Counted from the stretch's first letter, positions 1 through 13,414 are shown. The stretch: 64,000 nucleotides of DNA from the human T2T-CHM13v2.0 reference genome, Homo sapiens (GCF_009914755.1 NC_060930.1), one strand, 5' to 3'. Numbers and translations: made by a program. Notes: generated from the sequence alone by a model not told the origin.

Positions 1-17
1 GAGAATGGACTAATACA
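1..17 (+). mobile_element. 3' tip of a THE1/MST-type MaLR LTR, truncated by the window edge
   Basis: GAGAATGGACTAATACA is identical to the end of the THE1 LTR at 42003-42019. Confidence 0.7.
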
Positions 18-1208
18 GCCCCTAAAAGTGCTATGGCCTTAACCTTAACCAGCACTTACTCAAAGGATGGGCCACTGAGAGATTCTCACATGACTGTGGC
101 CTGGCTTTTTATTTGAAGAAGGAATTGGTATTTACCTTAAGAATTGGGAAGGAAGGAAGGGAAGAACAGGTAGAAAGACAGGGAGATACAATTTCACTTT
201 CTTTTCAGTGAAATAAACACCAGCTCAAAAATATTTCCACCATAAATCTCTGATTATTGAATATTAATTTCTGGTCTTGGCTTTACAACATCCAAAGGCA
301 TTTTCAATTACTATTCAAAATTCATACAGTTTTTCAGACCAAAATAGCTTTGGTTGAATCTAAATGTCAAATTTATTATATATTTTACTATACATTTTTT
401 CCCCCTAGGACATGAGAAAGGAGCTGGTAGAGACAGGAAAAAACTTATCACATAATCAAATAACAAAAAGGTGTTGCATTGCCAAAAAATGTTTGGGAAT
501 TTCTTTTCTGGGCCATCCCACTTCCTTATTTTTGTTTCTAGACTGAAATGGTACACAGCATATTCCACTTCCTTTTTCTCTTAAAACCTGTTATAGTTTT
601 GTTTAGTTTGAGGTCAGTCTAACCATGCCCCTCACTTAGAGGCTATATAACCTCAGCGTAGGAGGCTGAAATATTCTCCCTTCTGGTTGGCTGAGGGACA
701 CATTAACAAAAGCAGATACTTTAGTATTACTCTAGAATCAGAAGGAAAAACAATGTGAATTTTCTCAGTTTTCCAAACAGCAGCTCTGTGAAAGGAACAC
801 GTCCATGTAGCTTATTGGTATTAATTCCATAAAGGCAACCTAAAAATCTAAACTGGGAGCAGTTATTGTAAAGCATCTAGTCATGTGAGTTTTATTGAAT
901 AATTTATTACTATTAAAACAAAAAAATTTTAAATTCTTTTAACGGTTAAAAAAATGGATATATGGTTTACTGATGGTAAACACTGAAGGACTGGTCTTTG
1001 CCTTGGGAATCTTGACAAAAGCTTCTGAAGCCATTTAAAAACCTGATGGATTAGGATGATCATTTTCCAGCCATTTGTTTTTTGGTGTTAATTGCTTTTA
1101 ATCCTTAGAGACTTATCCATTAATCTGTTTCCTGGGGAAGAAGTTGAATCTTTGTGTCAAGTTTCTAAATCACCATTAAGAAATGCTAACATTAAAAATA
1201 TTATCTCA

Positions 1209-3990
1209 GTGGCTGGCAAGATGGCCAAAAAGGAACAGCTCCAGTCTGCAGTTCCCAGCGAGATGAACATAGAAAGTGGGTGATGCCTGCATTTCCAGCT
1301 GAGGTACCCGGCTCATCTCACTGGGACTGGTTAGACAGCCGGTGCAGCCTACGGAGGGCAAGCTGAAGCAGATTGGGGCGTCGCCTCACCCGGGAAGTGC
1401 AAGGGGTTGGGGAACTCCCTCCCCTAGCCAAGGGAACCCTGGAGGGACTGTGCCGTGAGGAATGGTGCATCCCAGCCCAGATACTACGCTTTTCCCACGG
1501 TCTTTGTAACTTGCAGACTAGGAGATTCCCTTTGGTGCCTATGCCACCAGGGCCCTGGGTTTCAAGCACAAAACTGGGTGGCCATTTGGGCAGACACTGA
1601 ACTAACTTCAGGAGCTTTTTTTTTTCATACCCCAGTGGCACCTGGAATGCCAGCAAGACAGACAGTTCACTCCCCTGGAAAGGGGGTGAAACCAGGAAGC
1701 CAATGCTCAGCAGATCCCACCCCCATGGAACCCAGCAAGTTAAGATCCACTGGCTTGAAATTCTCCTTGCCAGCACAGCAGTCTGAAGTCCACGTGAGAG
1801 CTCCAGCTTGGTGGAGGGAGGGGCGTCAGACATTACTGAGGCTTGAGTAGGCGGTTTTCCCCTCACAGCCTGAACAAAGCTGCTGGGAAGTTTGAACTGG
1901 GCAGGGCCCATTACAGCTCAGCAAAGCCGCTGTAGCCAGACTGCCTCTCTAGTTCCTCCTTTCTGGGAAGGGCATCCCTGAAAGAAAAGCAGCAACCCCA
2001 GTCAGGGGCTTATAGATAAAACTCCCATCCCCCCCGGGACAGAGCACCTGGGGGAAGGGGCGGCTATGGAGGCAGCTTCAGCAGACTTACACATTCCTGC
2101 CTACAGGCTCTGAAGAGAGCAGCAGATCTCCCAGCACAGTGCTGGAGCTCTGTTAAGGGACAGACTGCCTCCTCAAGTGGGTCCCTGACCCCCATGCCTC
2201 CTGACTGAGAGATACCTCCCAGTAGGGGTTGACAGACACCTCATACAAAAGAGCTCCAGCTAGCATCTGGCGGGTGCCCCTCTAAGATGAAGCTTCCAGA
2301 GGAAGGAACAGGCAGCAATCTTTGCTGTTCTGCAGCGTCCGCTGGTGATACCCAGGCAAACTGTCTGGAGTGGATCTCCAGCAAACTCTAGCAGACCTGC
2401 AACAGAGGGGCCTGACTGTTAGAAGGAAAACTAACAAACAGAAAGGAGTAGCATCAACATCAACAAAAAGGTTGTCCACACAGAAACCCCATCTGAAGGT
2501 TAACAACATCAAAGACCAAAGGTAGATAAATCCACAAAGATGAGGAAAAACCAGCGCAAAAAGCCTGAAAATTTCAAAAACCAAGATGCCTCTTCTCCTC
2601 CAAAGGATCACAACTTCTCACCAGCAAGGGAACAAAACTGGATGGAGAATGAGTTTGATGAATTGACAGAAGTAGGCTTCAGACGGTGGGTAATAACAAA
2701 CTCTGCCAAGCTAAAGGAGCATGTTCTAATGCAATGCAAGGAAGCTAAGAACCTTGGAAAAGGGTCAGAGGAATTGTTAACTAGAATAACCAGTTTAGAG
2801 AAGAACATAAATGACCTGATGGAGCTGAAAATCACAGCACAAGAACTTCATGAAGCATACACAAGTATCAATATCTGAATTGATCAGGTGGAAGAAAGAA
2901 TATCAGAGATTGAAGATCAACTTAATGAAATAAAGCGTGAAGACAAGATGAGAAAAAAAAGAGAATGAAAAGGAATGAACAAAGCCTCCAAGAAATATGG
3001 GACTATGTGAAAAGACGAAACCTACATTTGATTGGTGTACCTGAAAGTGACAGGGAGAATGGAACCAAGTTGGAAAACACTCTTCAGGATATTATCCAGG
3101 AGAACTTCCCCAACCTAACAAGGCAGGCCAACATTCAAATTCAGGAAATACAGAGAACATACAAAGATACTCCTCAAGAAAAGCAATCCCAAGACACATA
3201 TCATCAGATTCACCAAGGTTGAAATGAAGGAAAAAATGTTAAGAGCAGCCAGAGAGAAAGGTCGAGTTACCTACAAAGGGAAGCTCATCAGACTAACAGT
3301 GGATCTCTCTGCAGAAACCCCACAAGCCAGAAGAGAGTGAAGGCCAATCTTCAACATTTTTAAGAAAAGAATTTTCAACCCAAAATTTTATATCCAGCCA
3401 AACTAAGCTTCATAAGTGAAGGAGAAATAAAAGCCTTTAGAAGACAAGCAAATGCTGAGAGATTTTCGTCACCACCAGGCCTGCCTTACAATAGCTCCTG
3501 AAGGAAGCACTAAATATGGAAAGGAAAAACCAGTACCAGCCACTGCAAAAACATACCAAATTGTAGAGACTATTGATGCTATGAAGATACCGTATCTACT
3601 AATGGGCAAAATAACCAGCTAATATCATAATGACAGGATCAAATTCACACATAGCAATATTAATTAACCTTAAATCATATTAACCATTAAATCATTCTCA
3701 GCAAACTAACACAGAAACAGAAAACCAACACCAACAGAAAACCAAACACCACATGTTCTTACTCTTAAGTGGGAGTTGAACAATGAGAACACATGGACAC
3801 AGGAAGGGGAACATCACACACTGGGGCCTGTCAGGGGATGGGGGGCTAGGGGAGGGATAGCATTAGGAGAAATACCTAATGTAGATGACGAGTTGATGGG
3901 TGCAGCAAACCTCCACAGCACGTATTTACCTATGTAACAAACATGCACTTTCTGCACATGTATCCCAGATCTTAAAATATAATAAAAATA
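1209..3990 (+). mobile_element. LINE-1 (L1PA7/L1PA8-like): full 5' UTR, ORF1 and 3' UTR, with almost all of ORF2 deleted
   Basis: 5' UTR starts GGCTGGCAAGATGGCC (YY1 site 1217-1226); ORF1 homology; ORF2 start MTGSNSHI at 3630; L1PA 3' UTR; AATAAA at 3981; degenerate TSD AAAAATATTATCTCA (1194-1208) / AAAAATAATTATTTCA (3984-3999) at a TT|AAAA site. Confidence 0.95.
2540..3566 (+). pseudogene. Disrupted L1 ORF1p (RNA-binding chaperone) with premature stops and frameshifts
   Basis: ORF fragments MRKNQRKKPENFKNQDASSPPKDHN... and MKRNEQSLQEIWDYVKRRNLHLIGVPE... match L1 ORF1p; the frame is broken at 2878 and again downstream. Confidence 0.93.
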
Positions 3991-4269
3991 ATTATTTCAT
4001 CTTATCTGCTTATAGTTGTGCTTATAGTTGAGCACTCTCAAGGGGATAAATTTAATTTTAAGGAGCTTAATTTGAACTATGGCTACTGTGAGTATGTAAT
4101 TGTGTACTCTTAAAACTGTCAGCCTTAAAGTGAGGATGAAGAGCTGGTTAATCATTTGTGCTTATCTAGTACCTTCCAGGCAATAACACTGAGCTCCAAC
4201 ATTTGCACCTAGAGTAAGAGCCTAAGGTGCAAATCATGAAGTGGTTGCTAATTATTCTCTCCTTGTTAA

Positions 4270-4390
4270 TAATAATGAAAAAATGACACAAAAAAGATGT
4301 TCACTGTCTTGCCCAAGGTACGAAGTCAGGAATTGGAGGAGTAAATATTTTGAACCTAGGGAGTTTTGCTCCAGAGCTTGCCCCCTTGAT
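4270..4390 (-). mobile_element. MIR fragment
   Basis: CTTGCCCAAGGT...TTTGAACCTAGG...CTCCAGAGC matches the MIR core in reverse. Confidence 0.6.
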
Positions 4391-5004
4391 CCTGTGATAG
4401 ACAGTCCCCTAAGACTAGGTGTTAGAGTCGCCATAATCTAAACCACCAAGTTGGAAGATAACCCCAAACAAATATTTTTAACAATACTTTTAAGTCATAC
4501 ATTCTAATGCAAATATTTTAAATTTGATAATAAAAATGTAAGGAAGAAAATCATAGCACAGATATACACTGATCACTGGTATAGTTATATTATTCTGTTA
4601 GCTGCTCTGAGAGATACAACTATACATCAAATATGGTTCCTGCCATCTAGGAAATTATAATTTAGTAGCAGAGGAAAGTATATATACAATGTAATGTAAT
4701 ATATGACAGTTATGTGAGTGTGTATACATAATACACTTCAGAAGCTCCGGAGAGATATCACTGTTGATCTACAGTAGATGACATCTAAACTAAAATTTAA
4801 AATGTTGATTGACAAGATATTATATAAGGTTTTGACTTTCATGTGAAATTCTTTTAGGCTGCAAGAATGTTTTAAAGATTTTTGTGTTGGCAAGTTACCT
4901 GTTCAAGTGAATTTAAAAACGCAAGAAAAATCACTTTGAAAATTGTAAAAGTTGGTAGATATAAAGACATTTTCAGTGATGATGAGAAAGTGATAAAGTT
5001 GTTT

Positions 5005-5593
5005 TAAAAAGCAGTTTGTAGAGTTCTGAAAGAACCTAAAACAGAACTATCATACCACCCAGCAATCCCATTACTGGCTATATACCCAAAGGAATATAAA
5101 TAATTTTATCAAAAAAACACATGAACTTGTATGTTCATCACAGCACTATTCATAATAGCAAAGACATAAAATCAATCTAGATATCCATCAATGTTGGACT
5201 GGATAAAGAAAATGTCATACATGCACACTAGAGTACTATGCAACCATTTAAAAAAAGCCAAAATCATGTCCTTTGCAGCAACATGGGTAGAGACAGAGTC
5301 CAATATCTTAAGTGAATTAATACAGGAACAGAAGACCAAATACTGAATGTTCTCACTTACAAGTGGGAACTAAACATTGAGTACACATGGACACAAAGGT
5401 GGGAACAATAGACCCCAGGGCCTACTTGAGGAAGGAGGGAGGAGGGAAAGTGAGGGTTGAAAAATTACCTATTGGATACTATGCTCACAACCTAGGTGAT
5501 AAAATCAATTGTACAGGAAACCCCAGAAACACACAATTTACTCATGTAACAAACCTGCACACATACCCTTGAACCTAAAATAAAAAGTTGAAA
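5005..5593 (+). mobile_element. 5'-truncated older L1 3' end (L1PA15/16-like)
   Basis: CCCAGCAATCCCATTACTGG, GTTCTCACTTACAAGTGGG, GTGAGGGTTGAAAAATTACCTATTGG and AACCTAAAATAAAAAGTTG. Confidence 0.88.
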
Positions 5594-5609
5594 CAGAAAG
5601 ATAAACAGT

Positions 5610-5870
5610 AGTAGCCAAGTCTCAGCCAATTACAGGCCACCAGCTCTTCAAACCAGTTTCAAATAAGGCAAACACCCAAATAGGGCAAATACAGAAACAG
5701 CTGTAACAAATCTAGCTGTTTCAGTACATCACAGGTCACTTTCCTTTTTCTGTTCATAAATGTTCTACAACACGTGACAACCCTGGAGTCACCCTGAACT
5801 ATTCTGGTTCTGGGGACTGCCCAAGCAGAGAATCATTCACTATTCGATTAACTTCTGTTAAATTAAAACA
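5610..5870 (+). mobile_element. Partial ERV1 (MER4-group, MER57/MER51-like) LTR
   Basis: AAATAAGGCAAAC, GTCACTTTCCTTTTTCTGT and ATTCTGGTTCTGGGGACTGCCC motifs. Confidence 0.65.
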
Positions 5871-6560
5871 ATTTAATGGAAGCCGGCATGCAAAATGAAT
5901 TGAAGGAAGACAGAACATTAGAGACACAGGTGAGCAGAAACAAGGTAATGCCAGGCCTGAATTAGAATGCTGGAATAGAAATGAATACCATTAGGTGAAC
6001 AAGCAAGAATGAGAAAGAAGGGCAATTAAAGTGAAACTTCAGCATGATTGTATATTATTCTTTAGCCGTATTCAACTGCTCTGGTAGGTGATGAATAAGA
6101 TTTAGTTTGAATTGGGGTATTGCAAAAGGGTACAATACAAGGCTAGAAGGGTAAGAGAATTAAGAGTGTATGCAAATGAGTAGTCTCAGGGATGAAGTCT
6201 GAAATCTGTGTTGGGTTAGGGAAAAAGTGAGGAGGGCGCAAGGGGGCAGTTGGTGGAGTCAATAGTTTGGAATGCAAGTGGAACTAGATGACTGTTGCAA
6301 CGGGAGATCTAAAATAGTTCAACTGGAATTTTAAGAAGTGGTGGCATGGTCAGAGTAAGTTGTTTGGGATCAGTGTTTTGGATATAGTATGTGCCAAAGT
6401 CTAATGTATATACCATTCACTCATCTGGGTCAGAAACAGACCTGGTATGCTCAGATGTTGGGTTTCCAAAATGATAATAGTAATGGTAGTGGGGAGGAAG
6501 AAAAGCGGCCAGGTGTTCAGGTTTTAAGGAAATAAGGGAAAATGGCCTGCATATAAATAG

Positions 6561-7013
6561 TGTTAAAAAGAAACTGAGAAACACATACAAATATAAACAG
6601 TTTATTTGAGCAAACATTGATTCATAAATTGGGCAGTTCCAAACCAGAAGTGGTTCTGGAGCTCCACTGAGGAAATGCAAGAGGGAGGCTTTTATAGAAC
6701 AAACACAGAAGTAAAAAGAAAAAAACAGAACAAAGATTAATTACAGTGATTACAGTTACACAGTTGCCTTATTTGGTCTACCCTATTGGAAAGTCCCTAG
6801 TTATACACTTATAAGTTTTTTGGCTGTTTCTGATTGGTTGAGCTTAAGTTCATTTTTCCTTTAATGTAGGCATTTATAAGAAATATTAATAGCTCAAGTT
6901 AAGTATGCCTATGCTTAAAAATCATCCAAGGTTTGAATTACATATGAGGCCTTACTGGCTTTGTCTGTGCAGTAATTCTTCAGGCCTGATCTCCATTTTA
7001 ATTTATTTTAGCA
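6561..7013 (-). mobile_element. Solo ERV1 LTR (MER4 group, LTR54-like)
   Basis: TG...CA termini; 4-bp TSD ATAG/GTAG; polyA signal (TTTATT at 6601) and CCAAT box on the minus strand. Confidence 0.75.
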
Positions 7014-7354
7014 GTAGGAAACAGTATCTAAGTAAGTGGATAGTGAGTGGTTAGTCTTATGAATCTTAAAAGAACAGGGACATCTTGAAGGAAGAATGGG
7101 GAGACATCATTTTCTAGAGAAACAATAAGGTATTTATTCTCAGTAATGTAGAAATATTTTAAATGGCCAAAATGAACAAGGTATCTACTCGGGTCAGAGG
7201 GCAAATTTTTCCATTGAAGGATAAACATGCAATGTTAATGGGGAAAATTTGAATGAAAAACTTTAATAATAGAGAACATTCACTGTATACTTATGATTTC
7301 TGTGTGCTATCTTGCAACAGTATTGCAATTTACGTGTTTATTACCTCATTGGCA

Positions 7355-7475
7355 GTGGAGGAAAATACAGCTTAGAGAGGTTGAGAATATCCCCAAGGTC
7401 GTCACGAAACTTGTAGTGGGAAGGGCTGTATTTGAACCTAGGTCTGTCTGATTACAGAGACTGTGCTTCTTTCAC
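7355..7475 (-). mobile_element. MIR fragment
   Basis: GAGAGGTTGAG...CCCAAGGTC...TTTGAACCTAGGTCTGTCTG. Confidence 0.65.
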
Positions 7476-9620
7476 TTCATTGTTATCATTTATTCATTCA
7501 ACTTATTTATGTGGAATAAAAATATATTAGGAGCTTAACACTAAAAGACAGAGTCCCATTTTCCTATTTTCTAAAAAGTCAATATATTAATTTTCATTGG
7601 ACACTATATCTACAAGTCATTGTAGGAAATGAAAAATATAAAAGAAATCTCTCTCCTCTAATTGTTTATTATCTATTTATGAGTATACCTACAACTATAC
7701 ACATAAACTGTATACATAAAGATAACGATATGAAAGTCAGCAATTCAGTACTAAATGGGTGTTACAAGCAATATGCACAGCATAAAAGTGTGCAGAGGAG
7801 AAACTACCATGGGTAGTTGGGATATTGGGAAGGCTTCATGAAAACTGCAGAACTCCAGCTGGACTGTGAAGGATGGAGTGGATACAAAATGATAGGAGTG
7901 AGGAAGATATTTATTTGAGGGAGAATTGAAAATAGGTAGCAATGACGGAAATACTTAAAATCATTCTCCTTTGTGCAAATCTCCCGGCCCAAAACCCCTG
8001 AACCTCCCCCTACCCAAAATACAACCAAATAAATGTCCTCACCTATACCCAATTTCAATATGGCTGTGTAGGAATTTTATATGGGAGAGAAGTAGGGCAT
8101 TGGAACTGGAACAGTAAGTTGGAACCATATCATGAAGGGTCTGAAATGCAAGAATAAATATTCAGACTCCTAGAGAACTTTGAAGACTAAACTGAATGGA
8201 AATTTGCAGTAATATCCCCTAGGGAACTCATAATACATTTCCGATTATGGGAGTGCAGAAATAAGAAGTTTAGTATCAACTCTGGCTCTCCTTCCCTGCT
8301 AGGGCTAAATGTTAATATTATCCAAGGATGTTTCCAAGTGAATCTCTGCCAGTTCTCTCTTTCCAAGTCACATCTCAGAGTCTCTTCACTTGAATCAAGC
8401 TACTCCCAGCTTCTGCACACATCTGGTCCAACACTACTTTGGGATATGTTTTGCTAAGGTTGCTGTTCTGCCTGGAAGGCCCTCATTCCTCAGCTGCATG
8501 ACCCGAGGTTTCCTTCCTCTAAGACCTTGCTAGCGGCTCCTAGATGCCTTCCAAACCAAATTCTCTTCTATGAGATCAGCTCTTAGCTTTGTATTCCCTG
8601 GCACTTATGGAGTATGTTATGGAGGTATGTTATTTTGGCCTTGCTTATGCTGTCTATTTGTTGTCTGTGTGTTACTCTTGTCTTCCTTGGACAGTCAAAG
8701 ACCTTGTCTCCAGTTTTTTCGTATTCTTCAGTGTAATTAGTGTAATGCTTTGAAGATAAGAAAAGAATATAAAGAAATGCCCTTAAACTTAGCTTTGTTT
8801 CACAGCATTAGGCTATGTTATATTTGGTTGAGGATAACAATAATAGCTAACAATACTGTGTCGAATTGAACTATCATTTATAATTTTTTGGATCTGATTA
8901 AAAAATAAGATTTTAAAAAAGTTCTGCATCTAAAATGTCATTGTGGTTTGGCAAAAATCTTTTTGTTGTTGTTATTATGAATCTTATCTTAACAATCCTA
9001 TCTTGGAAAATCTAATGGAAACTTCACTGAGTCTTATCGGGGACATTTATAACTCCTTACAATTTATTTTCTATCTTTAGTTTAAGACAAACAAAAAAGT
9101 TATGCATTTTTTTTTTATCTGTAGCCTCTTTAGAAAGAAGTAAGTTGCAAAGCCTAGGTGTTTTAGTAATCAGTTTTCCTGATATCCCGTTTAATTAATG
9201 TTTGCCTTCTGTAAAATTTTAAAGCCTAATATCCCTAGAAGGCCCCTTCAAAGTGCAACTTGTACCCTAATAAAACTCCAATCATCCTACAAATGAAAAT
9301 TTAAAGTGGTACTAGAGTTGATCTCCATGCTCTCAGTCTCTCCTCTTTCCAGGATAGTCCTTCTTTTCCTTCCTTTTAGCACATTTATTAATAAGTTCAT
9401 GAAAGGGTTTCAAAAAAATTTTTAAGTATAATGAAGGAGAGATCTCCACTTAGTGTTAGCTTGGTTAGGTAAGTGGCTAGAAAGATGTTAATACTTGATT
9501 ATCTGTATTTAAGGACATTTGCACTTTTGAACCTGAGAGAGTATTTTTATTATAAGTATGTTTACAATTTTTTTTATTTTACTTTTATAAAACTATAAAA
9601 TTCTAGAGTCAGAAAGGGGC

Positions 9621-9666
9621 CTCCTACATAATCTACATAATCTCCTACATAATCTCCTACATAATC
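9621..9666. repeat. Short tandem repeat, about 4 copies of CTCCTACATAAT
   Basis: Read directly from the sequence. Confidence 0.9.
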
Positions 9667-9911
9667 ATTTTAAAGAATAAAGATAAACTAATAGACTCAT
9701 CTAGAGAGATTCAGCCAGTTAGCTTCAGAGCTAAAAGTGGCATTTTCTTTATTAAAACACACAGAGACACACAAGCACACACACATACATGCTGACTAAA
9801 CTTCTACCACAACCCAGGCCAGTATGAGCCCTAGGGTTACAATATTTTTATGATATGCCTGGCTCTGCAAACTTACAAGGAGTGGGGGAAGATTATATAT
9901 ATATAAGATTT

Positions 9912-9918
<7 letters not shown>

Positions 9919-9956
<38 letters not shown>
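9919..9956. repeat. (AC)19 microsatellite
   Basis: Read directly from the sequence. Confidence 0.98.
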
Positions 9957-9959
<3 letters not shown>

Positions 9960-10620
9960 TATAAACGATCAATTATACAGTATAAATTTTTATAATAAAT
10001 CCATGTGAAAAGTGGTATGGGAATTGAGAAGGGATTTAAGGGAAGTCTTTAGAGAAACAGTTATCTCTAAAGGCTTAGTTCAACCGAGAATCTTCTAAAC
10101 TGAGAGTAAGAAGACATCAGAAATTGAGGGCATCAAAAACAGAAGAAATAACATGAATGAAAGCTATGGAGGTATTAAAAGCTGCATAGCTCATTCAAGG
10201 AATGGTCACAAGTTTCATCTACTAATGGGTTGGAGAGGGACGTGAAGGAGAAGAAAGTGGCATAAAACGATGAGGAAAAGGTAAGTTAGAGCTGGCTTTT
10301 GGGTGACTTTGTTCACTATGCAGCCGCTTTCAAATTTTGTACTTTAGAGACATTGAAATTTTTTAAATAACATGATCAGCGTATCAAAAAGGTGAATTGT
10401 GAGCATATGGAGCATGGATTAGAGGGAATATGTTATAGAGATAGTTCATGTGAGAAATGAGCAGAATCTCAACTACGACAGTGTCAGAAGAACTAGAGGA
10501 CAAGTGATAGGTTCAAACCTTTCAGATGCAAGGTCAATAAGTGTCAATGACTGAATAGATTTAGAAGGTGAGAGAAAACCTGAAATTAGCTTCACATTGG
10601 ATCAACAGGTACCATAAAAA
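9960..10620 (-). mobile_element. Degenerate L2 relic
   Basis: Purine-rich L2-like blocks (CATGATCAG, GGATTAGAGGG, ATGTGAGAAATGA); boundaries approximate. Confidence 0.5.
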
Positions 10621-11134
10621 AGATATGAAACTTGGAGGAACTCATTTCAATATTTTGTATATTAAGCCACATTGACAATGGTTACTTCACTAATTTTTTA
10701 AAAACTTAGCTAAAAGTTGTCTTCTTTGATATAGGTTTTGTCTAATACAAGTTTTCTTAAGGATAATATTTACACTCGTTTTATATTTTAGTAGTAAAAA
10801 TTAAATTGAAATTTCAATGTTTAACAATAAATACGAACAAACAGGAATTTTCAATGTATTATGTAATTAGTTTTTGAAAGATCAGATTTCAAAAGAGACT
10901 AAGAATTATAAATCTGTAGGTTTATGAATGTTTGAACTTCAGAGGGACATTTTGAGAAACTTGATGTCTTCTTTATTCATATATTTGCATACATACATAA
11001 AAATGAGTTATATATATTCATACATGTGTATATAATTTATTTATATGTATGTTATTTAGGACTTATAAGACTTGGAATGTGTCAAGAATTTTTCAAAATG
11101 GTTTCCAAATATTGGCTTATTTGTTCTGTATAAT

Positions 11135-11275
11135 AATAAGATAGTATTATTATTACCCTCAGTTTATAATTATGGAAATTGAGGTGCAGTTTCGGAAGCT
11201 TAACCAAAGTGACATAGCTAGTAAGTGTCAGAGTCTGACTTTGAATCCTAATGGCCTGGCTCTAGAGTCCTTGAT
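11135..11275 (-). mobile_element. MIR
   Basis: TATTATTACCC...GGAAATTGAGG...ACATAGCTAGTAAGTG...TTTGAATCC...CTCTAGAGTCC. Confidence 0.75.
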
Positions 11276-12616
11276 GAGTTTTTTTTTTTTTAACGTAAGA
11301 AACTATCATTTGCCATTGCTCTTGTATATGAATATTCAGGTACAGAGCGAATCAACCTTTAATAGTTTGGTTGCTTAAAAACTCTATGTATAAAAGGGAA
11401 ACTAACATAAAGGTTAGACAAAACTTTGAACAAGAATGTGTTGGATCAATACATTATTCAGTAAATTGATAAGAGAAACATAGTTTGATAATTGAATCTG
11501 TAATACAGTTATGGGTCTTTGATGACTCAATACTTCATAGACTGACAAAAGAATATTTATCTACATGTGCAATTTTTAAATTTCATTTCTATAAAAAAGA
11601 ATGAGAGCAGGCACAGAACTTATAGGTATTATTTAGCATTTGGAAATTAAAGTTTGCCACATACATAAAAATACTTAGGTTTGATAAAGACAAGTTAGTA
11701 ACATTTTGATATTAAAAATAATTTATTTAGAAATAAAATCTGCAATTGTTAAAGTATCTTTTTCCCCCCAGGAAATAATCCACTTAGACTTTGAGGAGTT
11801 AATGGCAGGAGGAAGGTAAAGGGAGTATATCTTTAGTGGGTTGTGTTAGGAAATAAAAAGGGCTGTAATAATAACTATACTCTTTCCTTTCAGCTATTAT
11901 GGCCTCTTGAAAGTTGCCATCTACACTTGGGGTTCTTACATAGTCTTATTTTATTCAGGCTGCTTTTCCTGACTGTTCTAAACAGTCCTGCTGCTTGAAA
12001 GCCTCTCTCTCATTAGACTCTAATGGGAGCATCTCAGGAAATACATGAAACTCATACTAAAAGGGCATTAAATAGATGAATGAACACAGTGCTTATGTCT
12101 TTAACCTAGGTCATTTGGAATCAGATTCTGGGCTGTTCGCATTATACTATGGCTCATTCATGGATGACTCATATTAAAGAACTGTCATGATTCTCATTTC
12201 TGCTACCCCGTATTGATTAAGTTTCAGAGGTTCATCTGAGAAAAATGACTCAGGGCATGAGAGGACAAAGGTATTCATTCCAGGTATAGATCTAGCTGGG
12301 GAAGGTATTTTAGTGAACTTGGAAAAATGCTTGAATGCATTGCAATATATTCCATTACAGGGGGATGAAGACTGTATCTGGTCAGGTTGGTCAGGTATTT
12401 ACATAAAATTTTCCTTCCTCTAAAATTTTATCCCCTCCCCTGCAAATAACACAAACACATTCACTGACTGTGTTCTATTTATTGCATTGCAAAGATCTGG
12501 GATAATACATATACATTCTTCTCAATTTTTATGAAGAAAAAAATCTTGAGCTGCTTCTTAGTATGGGGTAAGAGTCCCACCACCTATATTCTAACCTTCA
12601 ATTCAACACTAATTAG

Positions 12617-12919
<303 letters not shown>

Positions 12920-13414
12920 ATTAGCCAGATAATCTTGATGAAAATTCCCTACTCTCCTGTTTCTTATCTACAAAAAGATATAATACTATGTCTCCTGCTC
13001 CCCAAGATGATTATAATCATTAAAGGATGTAGTCAACACATATTCCAAGAACGTCTTGGTTTTTCTGAGTTGCTCTGTCCTCTTGATTCTGCTAACTGAT
13101 GAAGAAAAAACTGAAAGTGAGAAATGGAAAGAGAAAATGAAATTTGTGTTTGTGGGCTATGTGGTGCCTGTTTTTTACATTTAAAAGATAATGTATTAGT
13201 GATGTATTTAGCTTTTCACACTGATTTTTTTTTTCTCATAATGAATTGGGCCAGCTAATTCAAATTGTGAAACTTATCCATCATAATAGATCAAGTTTGT
13301 TCCTAGAATATTGAACTGGGGTTATCTTTCATTGACTCTGCAGGAAGCATTATGACATAGTTTCTAGAGGTATAAAACAAGTGAAAGATAACAATGGCAA
13401 CATAACAGATGCTA

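Noticed and set aside
3670-3700. L1 deletion as a spliced retrocopy (the deletion starts where the consensus has a GTAAAT donor-like site)
   Set aside because: The recalled consensus has no AG acceptor at the downstream breakpoint; AT microhomology and junction duplication fit template switching better
3823-3856. G-quadruplex-forming G runs
   Set aside because: Standard feature of L1PA 3' UTRs
4201-4234. 10-bp inverted repeat ATTTGCACCT...AGGTGCAAAT
   Set aside because: Short stem, wrong orientation for MADE1 termini, no TSD; can arise by chance in 64 kb
11772-11815. 44-nt plus-strand micro-exon candidate
   Set aside because: Donor AAG|GTAAAG is only moderate, there is no supporting context, and such sites are expected by chance
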